Shown piece by piece: positions 43,620 through 52,257 of a stretch of DNA of 64,000 bases (its first letter is position 1; the number at the start of each line of letters is the position of its first letter). The translations under genes and the position numbers were made by a program. The stretch comes from Myxococcota bacterium. Lineage in GTDB: Bacteria > Myxococcota_A > UBA9160 > UBA4427. The stretch lies in contig JBDNFB010000009.1 in the NCBI GenBank assembly GCA_041690055.1, forward strand, positions 92 to 64,091, given 5' to 3'. Below the pieces are notes generated by a model that saw only the letters and a list, made by a program, of their open reading frames with translations, had not been told where the DNA came from and made no database searches.

Positions 43620-45038
43620 CTAACGAAGTGCAGCGCCTTCGGCGAAGCGGACGGCCTGAGTTCGGTCACCGCTTTCGTCAAAGCTCAGCAGCCAACCGTG
43701 TTGGAGCCCATGCGAGAACTCCGCCTGCATGCGGACCGAACCAGAGGGGTAGAATCGCGTCCAGACTCCGACGCGTAGGCCGTCCCGGTACTCGCCGATG
43801 GAGATGGGCTGTCCGTTCTCAAGATACTTTGCATACCAACCGTGCCGAAGACCGCCGGTGGCGGCGTTCTGTTCGCACCATTCTTCGTCGTGTCCATCGC
43901 GCGTCTGGTTTCGGAGCTCGGTATTGCCTGCGCAATCGCCGGTCACCTGCACTGGGAGAGGTCGAACTGGTGCGGGGGCCGCGGAACGCGCGATGGCGGC
44001 GGGGCCGGCATCGTTCATTCGAGTCGAGCTCGTTGATCGCGCTTGGCGAGCTGCCGTAAAGGAGGGAGAATATTTGGAACTGGGATCCGCAAGCAAGGCT
44101 TCAATCTCAACAAGATGCGTAGCCAGTTCGGTGTAGGTCTCGCCGCCGAGCGCATCTCGATTGGCTTCGAGTTCGGCCCGCGCGGACTGCAGAATTCCCA
44201 TTGCGTTGATCCGCTTCGCAGGATCCTGAAGGTTCGCGCCCGAAGTCGCGCGCTCAAGAGTGTCGAAGCGTTCCTGAAGCGTGAAGAGCGCCTGGATTGA
44301 AGCTTCGGTTTGGCTGTCTCTCGGCGAGGGGGTGCCGCCAGACGAAGGCAGGCCGTCGGGCATGCCAAGGTTGATGCCAGAGGTGGGCTTGAGCGCGTTT
44401 TGCTCTGCCATCTGGGCGGCAAGCTCTGCGAACTCCGGGTCCTGTGCGAGCGCTGCCCAACCTTCCGCATCTTTTGGGAAGCTTCCGTTTCGCTGCATCT
44501 GCTGGATCGCCTGAAATGAAGGCGCGAAGGAACTAAAGGTGAGCAAGAGCCCGAGCAAGAGTCCGAATTTGTTAGGCAGCTCCCAGCCATCATGGAAGGC
44601 GATATAGGGATAGGCGAAGAGATTAACGATGGGCACGAAGAGAAGGAGACCGACCCAGCCCGTGAGATCCCGTTCGGTCGCGGTATTCCAGAAAAGGCGA
44701 CCGAAATAGAAGAGGCCGAGGAGCGTCATGATCCCCATCCCGACAACGCCGACGCCAGCTCCGATGCCTGAGCCGAGCATGGCCGACGCCATTCCGAGGA
44801 CGATTGCCCCCACTATGAAGCCGAGCACGCCCATCAGGAACCGCCCGACCGAGCCGCCACCGACGACGATCATGGGCACCATCTGAAGCAGAGGGATCCA
44901 GGCGAGGACCTGCATGAGATCGCTCTCGTCGTTCTTGCTCACGATCACGGAAAGCGAGGCGCACCAGACGACCTGGAAGACGAGGGAGAGGGCGAAGATT
45001 CCGATGATAAAGGAGCCAATCCATTCCATGCAGCACAC
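43620..45038 (-). CDS. polytopic membrane protein with C-terminal MORN/YwqK-like repeats
   Basis: About 6 hydrophobic helices in the N-terminal 190 aa. The C-terminus has GLRHGWYAKYLENGQ...YRDGLRVGVWTRFYPSG...FSHGLQHGWLLSFDESG repeats. Confidence 0.55.
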   Translation of the reverse strand: MCCMEWIGSFIIGIFALSLVFQVVWCASLSVIVSKNDESDLMQVLAWIPLLQMVPMIVVGGGSVGRFLMGVLGFIVGAIVLGMASAMLGSGIGAGVGVVGMGIMTLLGLFYFGRLFWNTATERDLTGWVGLLLFVPIVNLFAYPYIAFHDGWELPNKFGLLLGLLLTFSSFAPSFQAIQQMQRNGSFPKDAEGWAALAQDPEFAELAAQMAEQNALKPTSGINLGMPDGLPSSGGTPSPRDSQTEASIQALFTLQERFDTLERATSGANLQDPAKRINAMGILQSARAELEANRDALGGETYTELATHLVEIEALLADPSSKYSPSFTAARQARSTSSTRMNDAGPAAIARSAAPAPVRPLPVQVTGDCAGNTELRNQTRDGHDEEWCEQNAATGGLRHGWYAKYLENGQPISIGEYRDGLRVGVWTRFYPSGSVRMQAEFSHGLQHGWLLSFDESGDRTQAVRFAEGAALR

Positions 45039-45145
45039 ATCGGGTGAGCGCGACGAGGAGTTGACTGCGATGGGTATAGGGAGAAAGAGGGAGCTTGGAA
45101 GAGGTCGGTTGCGAAAAGTTCCCCAAGGGAAATCGGGCCATCCGG

Positions 45146-45208
45146 TTGAAAATGAAAATGGTGTTCGTTACTAATCAGCGTCGCTAATTGAAAATTGATT
45201 TCATTTCC
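45146..45208. promoter_or_regulatory. AT-rich direct repeats with weak Fur-box-like character upstream of the porin gene
   Basis: TTGAAAAT occurs twice (45146, 45188). GAAAATGAAAATGGTGTTC matches 12/19 of GATAATGATAATCATTATC by my hand count. TGAAA-N5-TTTCA palindrome at 45189-45203. Confidence 0.25.
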
Positions 45209-45260
45209 GAGGGCCAGAGAGTCAAGAGACTCAGCCGGGACATGGGTGATGAGGAAAACG

Positions 45261-46616
45261 ATGACAACCGGACTGAAACTTTTGAACGGATCGATCTGTA
45301 TCGCTTTGGCGACGCTCCTATTGATCGCTACTGCGGTGGACGCCCGCGCAGCCGATGGGGACGCGGCCGAATCCTCAAGCACCGCAGGCGCCGCAAGTGA
45401 TAAGGAGCGGATCGAAGAGCTCGAAGAAAAAGTCGATGTTCTGGCGGACGAACTCGGCCGTTTGGAGTCCGTGTTCGCGGTGCCCGAAGAACTCGAGATG
45501 GTTTCAATGAACGGCTTGGGTCCGGCGGCCTCGAAGGTCTACAAGAAGGACAAGGGTCTTTCTATTGGTGGCTACGGTGAAGTTCGACTGCGCCGCTTCG
45601 AGGATAAAGAAGACGATAACCAGAACGATATTTTCGACGCGCTTCGCGCCGTTCTCTACGTCGGTTATAAGTTCAACGAGAACTGGGTCATCAACTCCGA
45701 ACTCGAGTTCGAGCACGGAGGCTCAAGCGGTGGCGGATCGGTTTCCACCGAATTTCTGACCCTCGATTACTTCTGGCGGGACGAGGTCAATTTCCGCGCC
45801 GGTCTTGTTTTGGTCCCGATGGGCTTCGTGAATGAGATTCACGAACCGAACTTCTTCTTTGGCGCAGAGCGACCGGAAATCGAACGACAGATCCTTCCGT
45901 CAACCTGGCGTGAGAACGGCGTGGGCATCTTCGGCCAGCTTGGTGAGCGTGTGTCCTACCGCGCGTACGTGATCAACGGCTTGGATGCCTCAGGGTTCAG
46001 GGCAGGCGGTCTGCGCGGGGGCCGCCAGAAGGGCAGCCGAGCGCTGGCGAATGACTTTGCTTTCGTCGCACGTGCCGATGTCGATGTGGCGCCCGGCCTG
46101 CAGGTCGGCGGTTCGGTCTATACGGGGCAGTCGGGTCAGGAGCAGGACTCGGAAGCCACGGGGACGACGAGGGATCTGCCCGATGTGCAGACGACGATCT
46201 ACGAGATCCATGCGCAGTACAAGGGCCATGGAGCTAGTTTTCGGGCACTCTGGACCGAGGCCTATATCGACGAGGCCGGCCGACTGTCTCGAGTGCTTGA
46301 CCTAGAGGATGACGAAGCGGTCGCGCAGCATATGCGCGGTTGGTACGTTGAAGTGGGCTACGACATTATGCCGATCCTCCATGCGGATACGCGCATGTCG
46401 CTCGAGCCCTTCTTCCGCTTCGAGCAGTACAATACCCAGCGCGACGTCGCCGATCAGTTTCAGAGCGACAAGAGCCTCGATATCGATCTCTATGAAGCGG
46501 GTCTGCACTTCAAGCCGATTCCGCAGGTTGTCTTGAAGGTTGACTACCGCCACTTCGAGCCCGATAAAGGCCATCGCGCCAACGAGATCCAGGCTGGTTT
46601 GGGATACGTCTTTTGA
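45261..46616 (+). CDS. outer-membrane beta-barrel protein (porin-like) with N-terminal coiled coil
   Basis: Signal peptide ...LLLIATAVDARA. Coiled coil ERIEELEEKVDVLADELGRLES. Alternating beta-strand pattern ends in the C-terminal GLGYVF. ATG 45261 is preceded by GAGGAA. Confidence 0.65.
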   Translation: MTTGLKLLNGSICIALATLLLIATAVDARAADGDAAESSSTAGAASDKERIEELEEKVDVLADELGRLESVFAVPEELEMVSMNGLGPAASKVYKKDKGLSIGGYGEVRLRRFEDKEDDNQNDIFDALRAVLYVGYKFNENWVINSELEFEHGGSSGGGSVSTEFLTLDYFWRDEVNFRAGLVLVPMGFVNEIHEPNFFFGAERPEIERQILPSTWRENGVGIFGQLGERVSYRAYVINGLDASGFRAGGLRGGRQKGSRALANDFAFVARADVDVAPGLQVGGSVYTGQSGQEQDSEATGTTRDLPDVQTTIYEIHAQYKGHGASFRALWTEAYIDEAGRLSRVLDLEDDEAVAQHMRGWYVEVGYDIMPILHADTRMSLEPFFRFEQYNTQRDVADQFQSDKSLDIDLYEAGLHFKPIPQVVLKVDYRHFEPDKGHRANEIQAGLGYVF

Positions 46617-47236
46617 GCCTGTTGTTTGAATCGCGGCGAACGCGACGAAGACAAGGAGTGCACGCGCGAAAGCGCGTGGCGCTCCTTGCGGCGTTCTGCA
46701 TTTGCCTTTTCGCGGTGACGGTTAGCGGGCCGGCGCAAGCGAAGGTTTTCGCTAGCCAGAACCAGGCGCTCGCGGAAGCCTTTCCGGATGCCACGCGCGT
46801 CGACCGCAAGACGATGATTCTGAAGAGGCCGCAGGTCGAAGCGATCGAGAATCGAACCGGTGGCAAGGTCAAATCGAAGATCGTTGTTCTCCACACCGCC
46901 TATCGCGACGACGAAGTCATTGGCTACGCGCATATCGACGTGCATACGGTGCGGACGCAGCCCGAGGCTTTCCTGGTTGTGTTGACGCCGGGGGGGCGAG
47001 TCCGGACGGTACGGATTTTGGCCTTCCACGAACCCCTCGACTATCTGCCGACGAATCGCTGGTACGATCAGTTTGCGGATAAGGGGAAGGGGGATAGCCT
47101 GCGTGTTGGCCGCGATATCCATGGCGTAGTCGGCGCTACACTCTCGGCGCGTGCAGCGGCGGACGGTGTGCGGCGGATGCTCGTGTACTACGAAGTGCTG
47201 CTCCGGCCGGCTCAAGTCGCCGACTCAAACTCCTAA
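46613..47236 (+). CDS. secreted FMN_bind-domain protein (predicted ApbE substrate)
   Basis: Signal peptide LLAAFCICLFAVTVSGPAQA. The C-terminal DIHGVVGATLSARAAADGV aligns to the FMN_bind flavinylation site (canonical D-x-x-S-G-A-T). TTGA overlap with the porin stop. Confidence 0.65.
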   Translation: MSLLFESRRTRRRQGVHARKRVALLAAFCICLFAVTVSGPAQAKVFASQNQALAEAFPDATRVDRKTMILKRPQVEAIENRTGGKVKSKIVVLHTAYRDDEVIGYAHIDVHTVRTQPEAFLVVLTPGGRVRTVRILAFHEPLDYLPTNRWYDQFADKGKGDSLRVGRDIHGVVGATLSARAAADGVRRMLVYYEVLLRPAQVADSNS

Positions 47237-47334
47237 ACGGGGCTAAAGGCGTCTAGGCCAGTTAAAGGCTTCTAGACCTCGCTATTGGCTTTGAGACTCC
47301 GTAGACGGATTCGCGTATATAAGGAAAGAGTGTC

Positions 47335-47940
47335 TTGCGCTTCACGCTCACGGGTGAGTGGGATCAGAACCGCCTCTTGCAGGCGGTCGTTGTCCTCTAT
47401 TGCGTCTTTGTGGTCCTGCTCTGGGCCACGAATTGGATGCTTTATTTTGATTCTATGGATCTGACGACTGCGTCGGTGGTGGATCATTTCCTGGGCGATG
47501 AAGAGGAGTTCCGTTCGGCGCGCACGTATCGTGGGATGCTTGAGCTCACGCATTTTCATCTTTTCTCGATGGGCATGTTGATGATGGTGTTGACGCATCT
47601 CGCGCTCTTTGTGCCGGTGGGAACGCGGCTAAAGCTTGCGCTGATTTTCGTGCCGTTCTTTTCTGCGCTTGCTTCCGAAGGCACGAGCTGGTTGGTGCGT
47701 TACGGCGGCGCGGGTTTCGCTTGGACGAAGATCGCTGGATTTTTGATGTTGCAGGGAAGCCTCGCCGCGCTGGTCGCGATTGCGATGTGGTCCGTTTTCG
47801 CGGGGCGGCAGGGCGAGAATTACCGGGGAGGAGCGAAGGGGGAAGAAGCCGAAGAGGCGGGCGAGGGTACCGCGACAGCGGCGAACGCCGGGTCGGGGCC
47901 TGCTGCCGAATTCGATTTTGACGATGATGGGTGGGACTGA
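47335..47940 (+). CDS. 4-TM membrane protein with intramembrane histidines and acidic C-terminal tail
   Basis: Four hydrophobic helices. LELTHFHLFSMGMLMMVLTHL has three His residues in or near TM2. No family firmly recognised (a DUF4405 or cytochrome-b-like fold is speculation). TTG start. Confidence 0.5.
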   Translation: MRFTLTGEWDQNRLLQAVVVLYCVFVVLLWATNWMLYFDSMDLTTASVVDHFLGDEEEFRSARTYRGMLELTHFHLFSMGMLMMVLTHLALFVPVGTRLKLALIFVPFFSALASEGTSWLVRYGGAGFAWTKIAGFLMLQGSLAALVAIAMWSVFAGRQGENYRGGAKGEEAEEAGEGTATAANAGSGPAAEFDFDDDGWD

Positions 47941-49001
47941 TGTTCCGCCGCCGCGGCGTTTTCTGCGCTGCGCATTGTGTGTGGATCGCTGTTCTGTGGT
48001 TCGGCGTGACCGCCTGCCATTCAGTCCGGCCGCTGCTGCCGCCGACTCCAGAGCGCGTCGTGGTTTCCGATGGTTGGCTCGCTATGGGGACCTTCTTCGA
48101 TGTGGATCTTCGCGTCGCGCCCGATTCGGTCGCCGCGGCGAATGCTTGGCTCGCCTGGACGCGCGAGGAAGTCGCGCGGCTTGAGGCGATCTACTCTAAA
48201 TACGATCCCGAGAGCGAGATCTCCGTACTGAACCGGGCGCTCGCTCGGGGCGAGCTTCAGTCGGAGCCCATGCCCGTGAGTCCCGAATTGACCTCGTTAA
48301 TTCTCGGCTCGGCAGAGGTTTGGGCTCGAACCGGAGGCGCGTTCGACGTCACGGTCGGCCCGTTGATCGACGTTTGGCAACGTGCGGTCGCTCGCCGCGC
48401 ATGGCCTTCGGACGAGGAGTTGCGTGAGGCCAAGCTGCGGAGCGGGATGGAGCGGCTGCTCCTTGGGGAGGGCGGTCTGCGCGTGCGCGGCGCGGGGATG
48501 CGACTCGATCTCGATGGTATTTCAAAGGGCGCCGTCCTCGATCATCTTGGACGCGATTTCAGGGCCCGGTTCGCGGGCGCCGCGGCGCTTCTGAGCTTCG
48601 GCGAGAGCAGCATCCTGGCGATCGGCGATCCGGACGGCGCGGGATGGCGTCTCGGAGTGACTTCCCGCGATCCGGACGTCGGAGAGCTGGCCCGCGTCGT
48701 ACTTCGCGATCGTGCTCTTTCGGTCAGCTCCAGTGTGGGCAGCGTGAGTGAGATCGGGGGCGAGCCCGTTTCGCACGTGGTGGACGCTCGGACGGGGAGC
48801 ATTGTGCGGGGGACGGTGGAGGCCGTCGTGATCGCTGCGTCTGCGACGGAAGCGGATGCCTGGAGTACCGCATTGCTCGCGTTAGGTGCGCGTAAGAAAT
48901 CCGTTCAGATCGTGGAGCGCGCCGGGCTGGATGCGTATGTCTATGAATCGGGCGGACGGACAATCGTCAGCCAAGGTTGGGACGAGTTCGTTTCATTTTG
49001 A
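47931..49001 (+). CDS. apbE: FAD:protein FMN transferase (ApbE family), lipoprotein, paralogue 2
   Basis: Lipobox GVTAC. Motifs GTFFDV, FDVTVGPL, DLDGISKGAVLD, SHVVDARTG and EADAWSTAL are typical of ApbE. Confidence 0.8.
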   Translation: MGLMFRRRGVFCAAHCVWIAVLWFGVTACHSVRPLLPPTPERVVVSDGWLAMGTFFDVDLRVAPDSVAAANAWLAWTREEVARLEAIYSKYDPESEISVLNRALARGELQSEPMPVSPELTSLILGSAEVWARTGGAFDVTVGPLIDVWQRAVARRAWPSDEELREAKLRSGMERLLLGEGGLRVRGAGMRLDLDGISKGAVLDHLGRDFRARFAGAAALLSFGESSILAIGDPDGAGWRLGVTSRDPDVGELARVVLRDRALSVSSSVGSVSEIGGEPVSHVVDARTGSIVRGTVEAVVIAASATEADAWSTALLALGARKKSVQIVERAGLDAYVYESGGRTIVSQGWDEFVSF

Positions 49002-49076
49002 TCGGGAGCACATCTTCTGGCTGAGGCTCAGGTGCAGACAGAAGGGGGCAGGAAGAGGCACAGGCGGCCGGAGCCG

Positions 49077-49256
49077 TTAGTCTGATCCGTACTCGGCGGC
49101 GAGTGCGCACTCTTGGCGGGCTTCCGCACTGCAGCTGCAGTCTTCTCCGGTTCCTCCGCAAGAGCCTTGAAGTTGGCGATCCGAGAAGATCACGCCGACG
49201 GCCATGGCGGCCATTGCTGCGCCGAAGATAATGACGGTCACGACGAAAATTTCCAT
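49077..49256 (-). CDS. nqrM: (Na+)-NQR maturation factor NqrM (59 aa; below the ORF-track cutoff)
   Basis: My translation is MEIFVVTVIIFGAAMAAMAVGVIFSDRQLQGSCGGTGEDCSCSAEARQECALAAEYGSD. It has one TM helix, then the GSCGG and CxC...C pattern of NqrM/DUF539. AGAGGGA RBS lies before ATG 49256; TAA stop at 49077. Confidence 0.75.
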   Translation of the reverse strand: MEIFVVTVIIFGAAMAAMAVGVIFSDRQLQGSCGGTGEDCSCSAEARQECALAAEYGSD

Positions 49257-49350
49257 TCAGTCCCTCTTTCTACGTCTCTGTCTTCTTGTTCGAGGCTAAC
49301 GCGGATTCCAGTGAACTCCAAAGCGACGCTGCAATTCGGGCGCGCCGAGA

Positions 49351-49704
49351 CTAGCGGCGTCGCGATTCGAAATAGGTAACGAGCGCCGTCGCGTTGTTCT
49401 GAATCAGTTCTTTGGAGCTGAAGACGATCGTGTTGATTCCTGATGCCATTTCAGATTCAAGGGCCGCGACAGCCTCGCGATTGGCATCGAGTTCCTTGAA
49501 GTAACGCTTCTGGAATTCGGCCCATTTCTCGGGGGTGTGCTGATACCATTTTCGAAGCTCTGTTGACGGCGACGCGTCCCGAGCCCAGTAATCAATTGCA
49601 GCTTTCTCTTTCGAGACCCCGCGCGGCCAGAGCCGGTCGATCAGGATTCGAGTTCCGTCCTTTTTCGAGGCGGCCTCATAAATTCGTTTCGTCTGCAATC
49701 GCAT
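49351..49704 (-). CDS. DUF488 (YeaO-like) protein
   Basis: KRIYEAASKKDGTRILIDRLWPRGVSKEKAAIDYWARDASPSTELRKWY matches the DUF488 signature. Confidence 0.75.
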   Translation of the reverse strand: MRLQTKRIYEAASKKDGTRILIDRLWPRGVSKEKAAIDYWARDASPSTELRKWYQHTPEKWAEFQKRYFKELDANREAVAALESEMASGINTIVFSSKELIQNNATALVTYFESRRR

Positions 49705-49722
49705 GGCTACCTGGGCTACTCG

Positions 49723-50100
49723 CTAATCGGGCTTTGACGGGCCCGCCAGGAGTTTAGGCAGTTCGTCCTGCAGCTCAAGCCAGGGCGCTTTCTCCTCGGT
49801 CCAGATATGAACGAGAGGCCTGCGGCCGGGATCGTCTAGAAGACACCCGACGCGCAAGATGATTTCCTCTTCATGGTCCCAGGCCGCATAGATCTGCGCA
49901 CCGCACTCCGGGCAGAAAAAGCGCTTCTTGCCCGGACTCGATTCGAAAGCACGGAGGTCCTTCTCGCCGCTTCGCCAGCGGATCTGCTGGCGCGCGACCC
50001 GAGCAGTTGTCGCGAAGGCCGCCGCCTGAGACTTCGGGCAGGTTCGGCAATGACAATGCCCCATCGGGCCAATCTCGCCTTTGATTTCGAAATCAATCAT
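49723..50100 (-). CDS. GFA/CENP-V family Zn-binding protein
   Basis: CHCRTC...FFCPECG cysteine pattern and length are typical of the GFA family. Confidence 0.75.
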   Translation of the reverse strand: MIDFEIKGEIGPMGHCHCRTCPKSQAAAFATTARVARQQIRWRSGEKDLRAFESSPGKKRFFCPECGAQIYAAWDHEEEIILRVGCLLDDPGRRPLVHIWTEEKAPWLELQDELPKLLAGPSKPD

Positions 50101-50238
50101 GCCGCAGAGACAAGCCGCTCGGAGCGAGGTGTCGGCGGCAGAGCGAGAGACCGAAGAAGATGCCGAGGGAGACGCCGAAGACGCCAGAGAAGACGCCAGA
50201 AAGACGCCAAGGAGTTCGACATGACCTGTTCGCTCCGT

Positions 50239-50622
50239 CTAGAGCGCGGCGACGATCGACCAGACTGAGGCGACCGCGACGACGAGAACCGATCCCAACG
50301 CGCCCACGGTGCGAAGATGCTTGAGCCCGCTCTCTGTGCCGAATCCGACGGCATGACAAACGCGCGCGAAGAAGAGTCCGCCTCCGAGGCCATGGATCAC
50401 GTTTCCGCCGACGCCGTTCAGTTCAAGGAGTGCGATCAGAATCAGACTGAGCGGAACGAACTCGACGAAGTTCGCGTGCCGCCGCATCGCCGTAATCACC
50501 TTGGGATCGCCGCCGTCCCCGATGCTGATGCCGGTGCTGCCCCGGACTTTACCGACGCTGAGCACGACGATGATGGAAAGGATTCCGAGCAGTCCAGCGT
50601 AGAGAAGCGTGATTGAGGGCAT
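50239..50622 (-). CDS. MAPEG-family membrane protein (YecN-like)
   Basis: ITLLYAGLLGILSIIVVLSVGKVR...RRHANFVEFVPLSLILIALLE matches the MAPEG pattern. About 4 TM helices. Confidence 0.75.
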   Translation of the reverse strand: MPSITLLYAGLLGILSIIVVLSVGKVRGSTGISIGDGGDPKVITAMRRHANFVEFVPLSLILIALLELNGVGGNVIHGLGGGLFFARVCHAVGFGTESGLKHLRTVGALGSVLVVAVASVWSIVAAL

Positions 50623-50712
50623 GATTAGCCTCCTTGTGAGTTGCCGGAACGGTAGGCCGGGTTGGAGGCGATGTCTTTGAATAGAACGATTTGCGTTCTA
50701 ATTCCGTCGTCC

Positions 50713-50775
50713 GAGTTAGGGGAGTTAAGGGGGTTAAGGGGGTTAAGGGGGTTAGGGAGGTTAATAGAGTTAGGC
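50713..50775 (+). repeat. G-rich 9-nt tandem repeat x7 (GRGTTARGG); G-quadruplex-capable
   Basis: GAGTTAGGG GAGTTAAGG GGGTTAAGG GGGTTAAGG GGGTTAGGG AGGTTAATA GAGTTAGGC. G-runs of 4, 5, 5, 5 and 3 are separated by 3-6 nt. The dgkA stop codon lies in the last unit. Confidence 0.85.
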
Positions 50776-51147
50776 GAAGAACAGAAGAAAGCGCCGGCCA
50801 AGGGTAAGGAGCCCCACGATCAGTGCACCCATCGAGGCCAATAGAACGGCTCCCGCGGCGACATCCTTCGCGCGTTCGATGCCAGGATGATGCTCGGGCG
50901 AGACGACGTCGCAGAGAGCCTCGATCGCCGTATTGAAGCCCTCGGCCGCCCACACCGAAGCCACTGCGAGGACTAGTGCGATCCACTCCAGTCGGTCGAC
51001 GCCTAAGGCGAATCCGAAGCCCACGACAAGGACCGTGGCAAAAGCATGGATGCGGGCGTTTCGCTCCGTGCGTAGCGTGGTCGCGATCCCGCGAAAGGCA
51101 TAGCGAAAGGTCAGGAAGGGGTTGGGTGAGGGGGGTTGGGCGGCCAT
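50770..51147 (-). CDS. dgkA: diacylglycerol kinase (prokaryotic DgkA family)
   Basis: FRYAFRGI...ERNARIH...AEGFNTAIEALCD...AKDVAAGAVL are DAGK_prokar motifs. Confidence 0.8.
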   Translation of the reverse strand: MAAQPPSPNPFLTFRYAFRGIATTLRTERNARIHAFATVLVVGFGFALGVDRLEWIALVLAVASVWAAEGFNTAIEALCDVVSPEHHPGIERAKDVAAGAVLLASMGALIVGLLTLGRRFLLFFA

Positions 51148-51189
51148 TCGGAATACGGAGTCTCCCGGGCGGAATTGCGGAAAGGTAAC

Positions 51190-52257
51190 TCAGTCGGGAA
51201 AGTGCGCGTTGCGATGCTCCGAGATCTCGCCTTCGGCGTCGCGGATGAGGACGAGTGCCCCCAATTTATACTGTTCGGCGAGAGCGAGGCCCTCCACGCC
51301 TAAGACCATGAGAGTCGTGGCCCAGGCGTCCGCTTCCGTCGCGCTCGCAGCGATGACAGTGGCCGCGGCGGGGCCGTTTTGGACGGGGCGTCCTGTACGC
51401 GGGTCGATCGTATGCGAGATGCGCTGCTCGCCTTCGAGATAGAAAATGCGGTAGTCGCCGGAGGTGGCCATGCCCTGGTTCTGCAGCTCGACGATCGACT
51501 GCACTTCGCGACCTTCGTCGAGGGGTTTCTCTATGCCGATTCGCCAGGGGCCACCACCAGGGCGTTGGCCTGCGGCATAGACTTCGCCGCCGATTTCAAC
51601 CATGAAGTCTTCGCGACCCATTTCGAGCAGGCCCGCGGCGACATGATCGACGCCATATCCCTTGGCGATCGCGGAGAGATCGATCTTCACGAGCGGATCT
51701 GCCTTGCGGAGGAAGCCCCCGCTGACTGCATTACCGCGGCCAATGCGAAGGATGCGTCCGCCCATGCGCGAGAGGTGGGTCTGAATCTCCTCTGCGCTTG
51801 GGGGTGAGTCCACCTGCGCGCGGCTGCCGAAGCCCCAGCGTGAAACGAGGGGTCCCACCGTGATGTCGAAGGCGCCTGAACTCCATTTGCAGAGCTCAAC
51901 CGCGTAGGCGACGACCTCGGCTGTTTCGAAGGAGACTGGGAAGCCGTCGGTGCTTTCGAAGGCGTTGAAGCGTGAGACTTCCGAATCGGGATTCCAATCC
52001 GAGAGCCAGCCGTCGATTTCCTCGAGGCGCCGCTCGGTCTCTTTTTTGGCCTGGACGCGAAGTGCCTCGCCGAGCCCAGGACCGGCCAATCGAATCTGGT
52101 ACGTCGTGCCCATCGTCTCGCCCTCGAACGTGAGCAGGTCGGTTTGGCTCGGGACGTCCGCCAGAAAAAGTCGGTGGATCGTCAAGCCTGAAAGCAGCAC
52201 GAAAGCGATCGCAATCATGCGCAGCGTGTGTCGGTCGATTTCGAGTCGGGGTGCCAT
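51190..52257 (-). CDS. apbE: FAD:protein FMN transferase (ApbE), nqr-linked paralogue 1
   Basis: Motifs GTTYQI, FDITVGPL, DLSAIAKGYGVD, SHTIDPRTG and EADAWATTL. It lies immediately downstream of nqrF, as in Vibrio. The start is taken at ATG 52257. Confidence 0.85.
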   Translation of the reverse strand: MAPRLEIDRHTLRMIAIAFVLLSGLTIHRLFLADVPSQTDLLTFEGETMGTTYQIRLAGPGLGEALRVQAKKETERRLEEIDGWLSDWNPDSEVSRFNAFESTDGFPVSFETAEVVAYAVELCKWSSGAFDITVGPLVSRWGFGSRAQVDSPPSAEEIQTHLSRMGGRILRIGRGNAVSGGFLRKADPLVKIDLSAIAKGYGVDHVAAGLLEMGREDFMVEIGGEVYAAGQRPGGGPWRIGIEKPLDEGREVQSIVELQNQGMATSGDYRIFYLEGEQRISHTIDPRTGRPVQNGPAAATVIAASATEADAWATTLMVLGVEGLALAEQYKLGALVLIRDAEGEISEHRNAHFPD

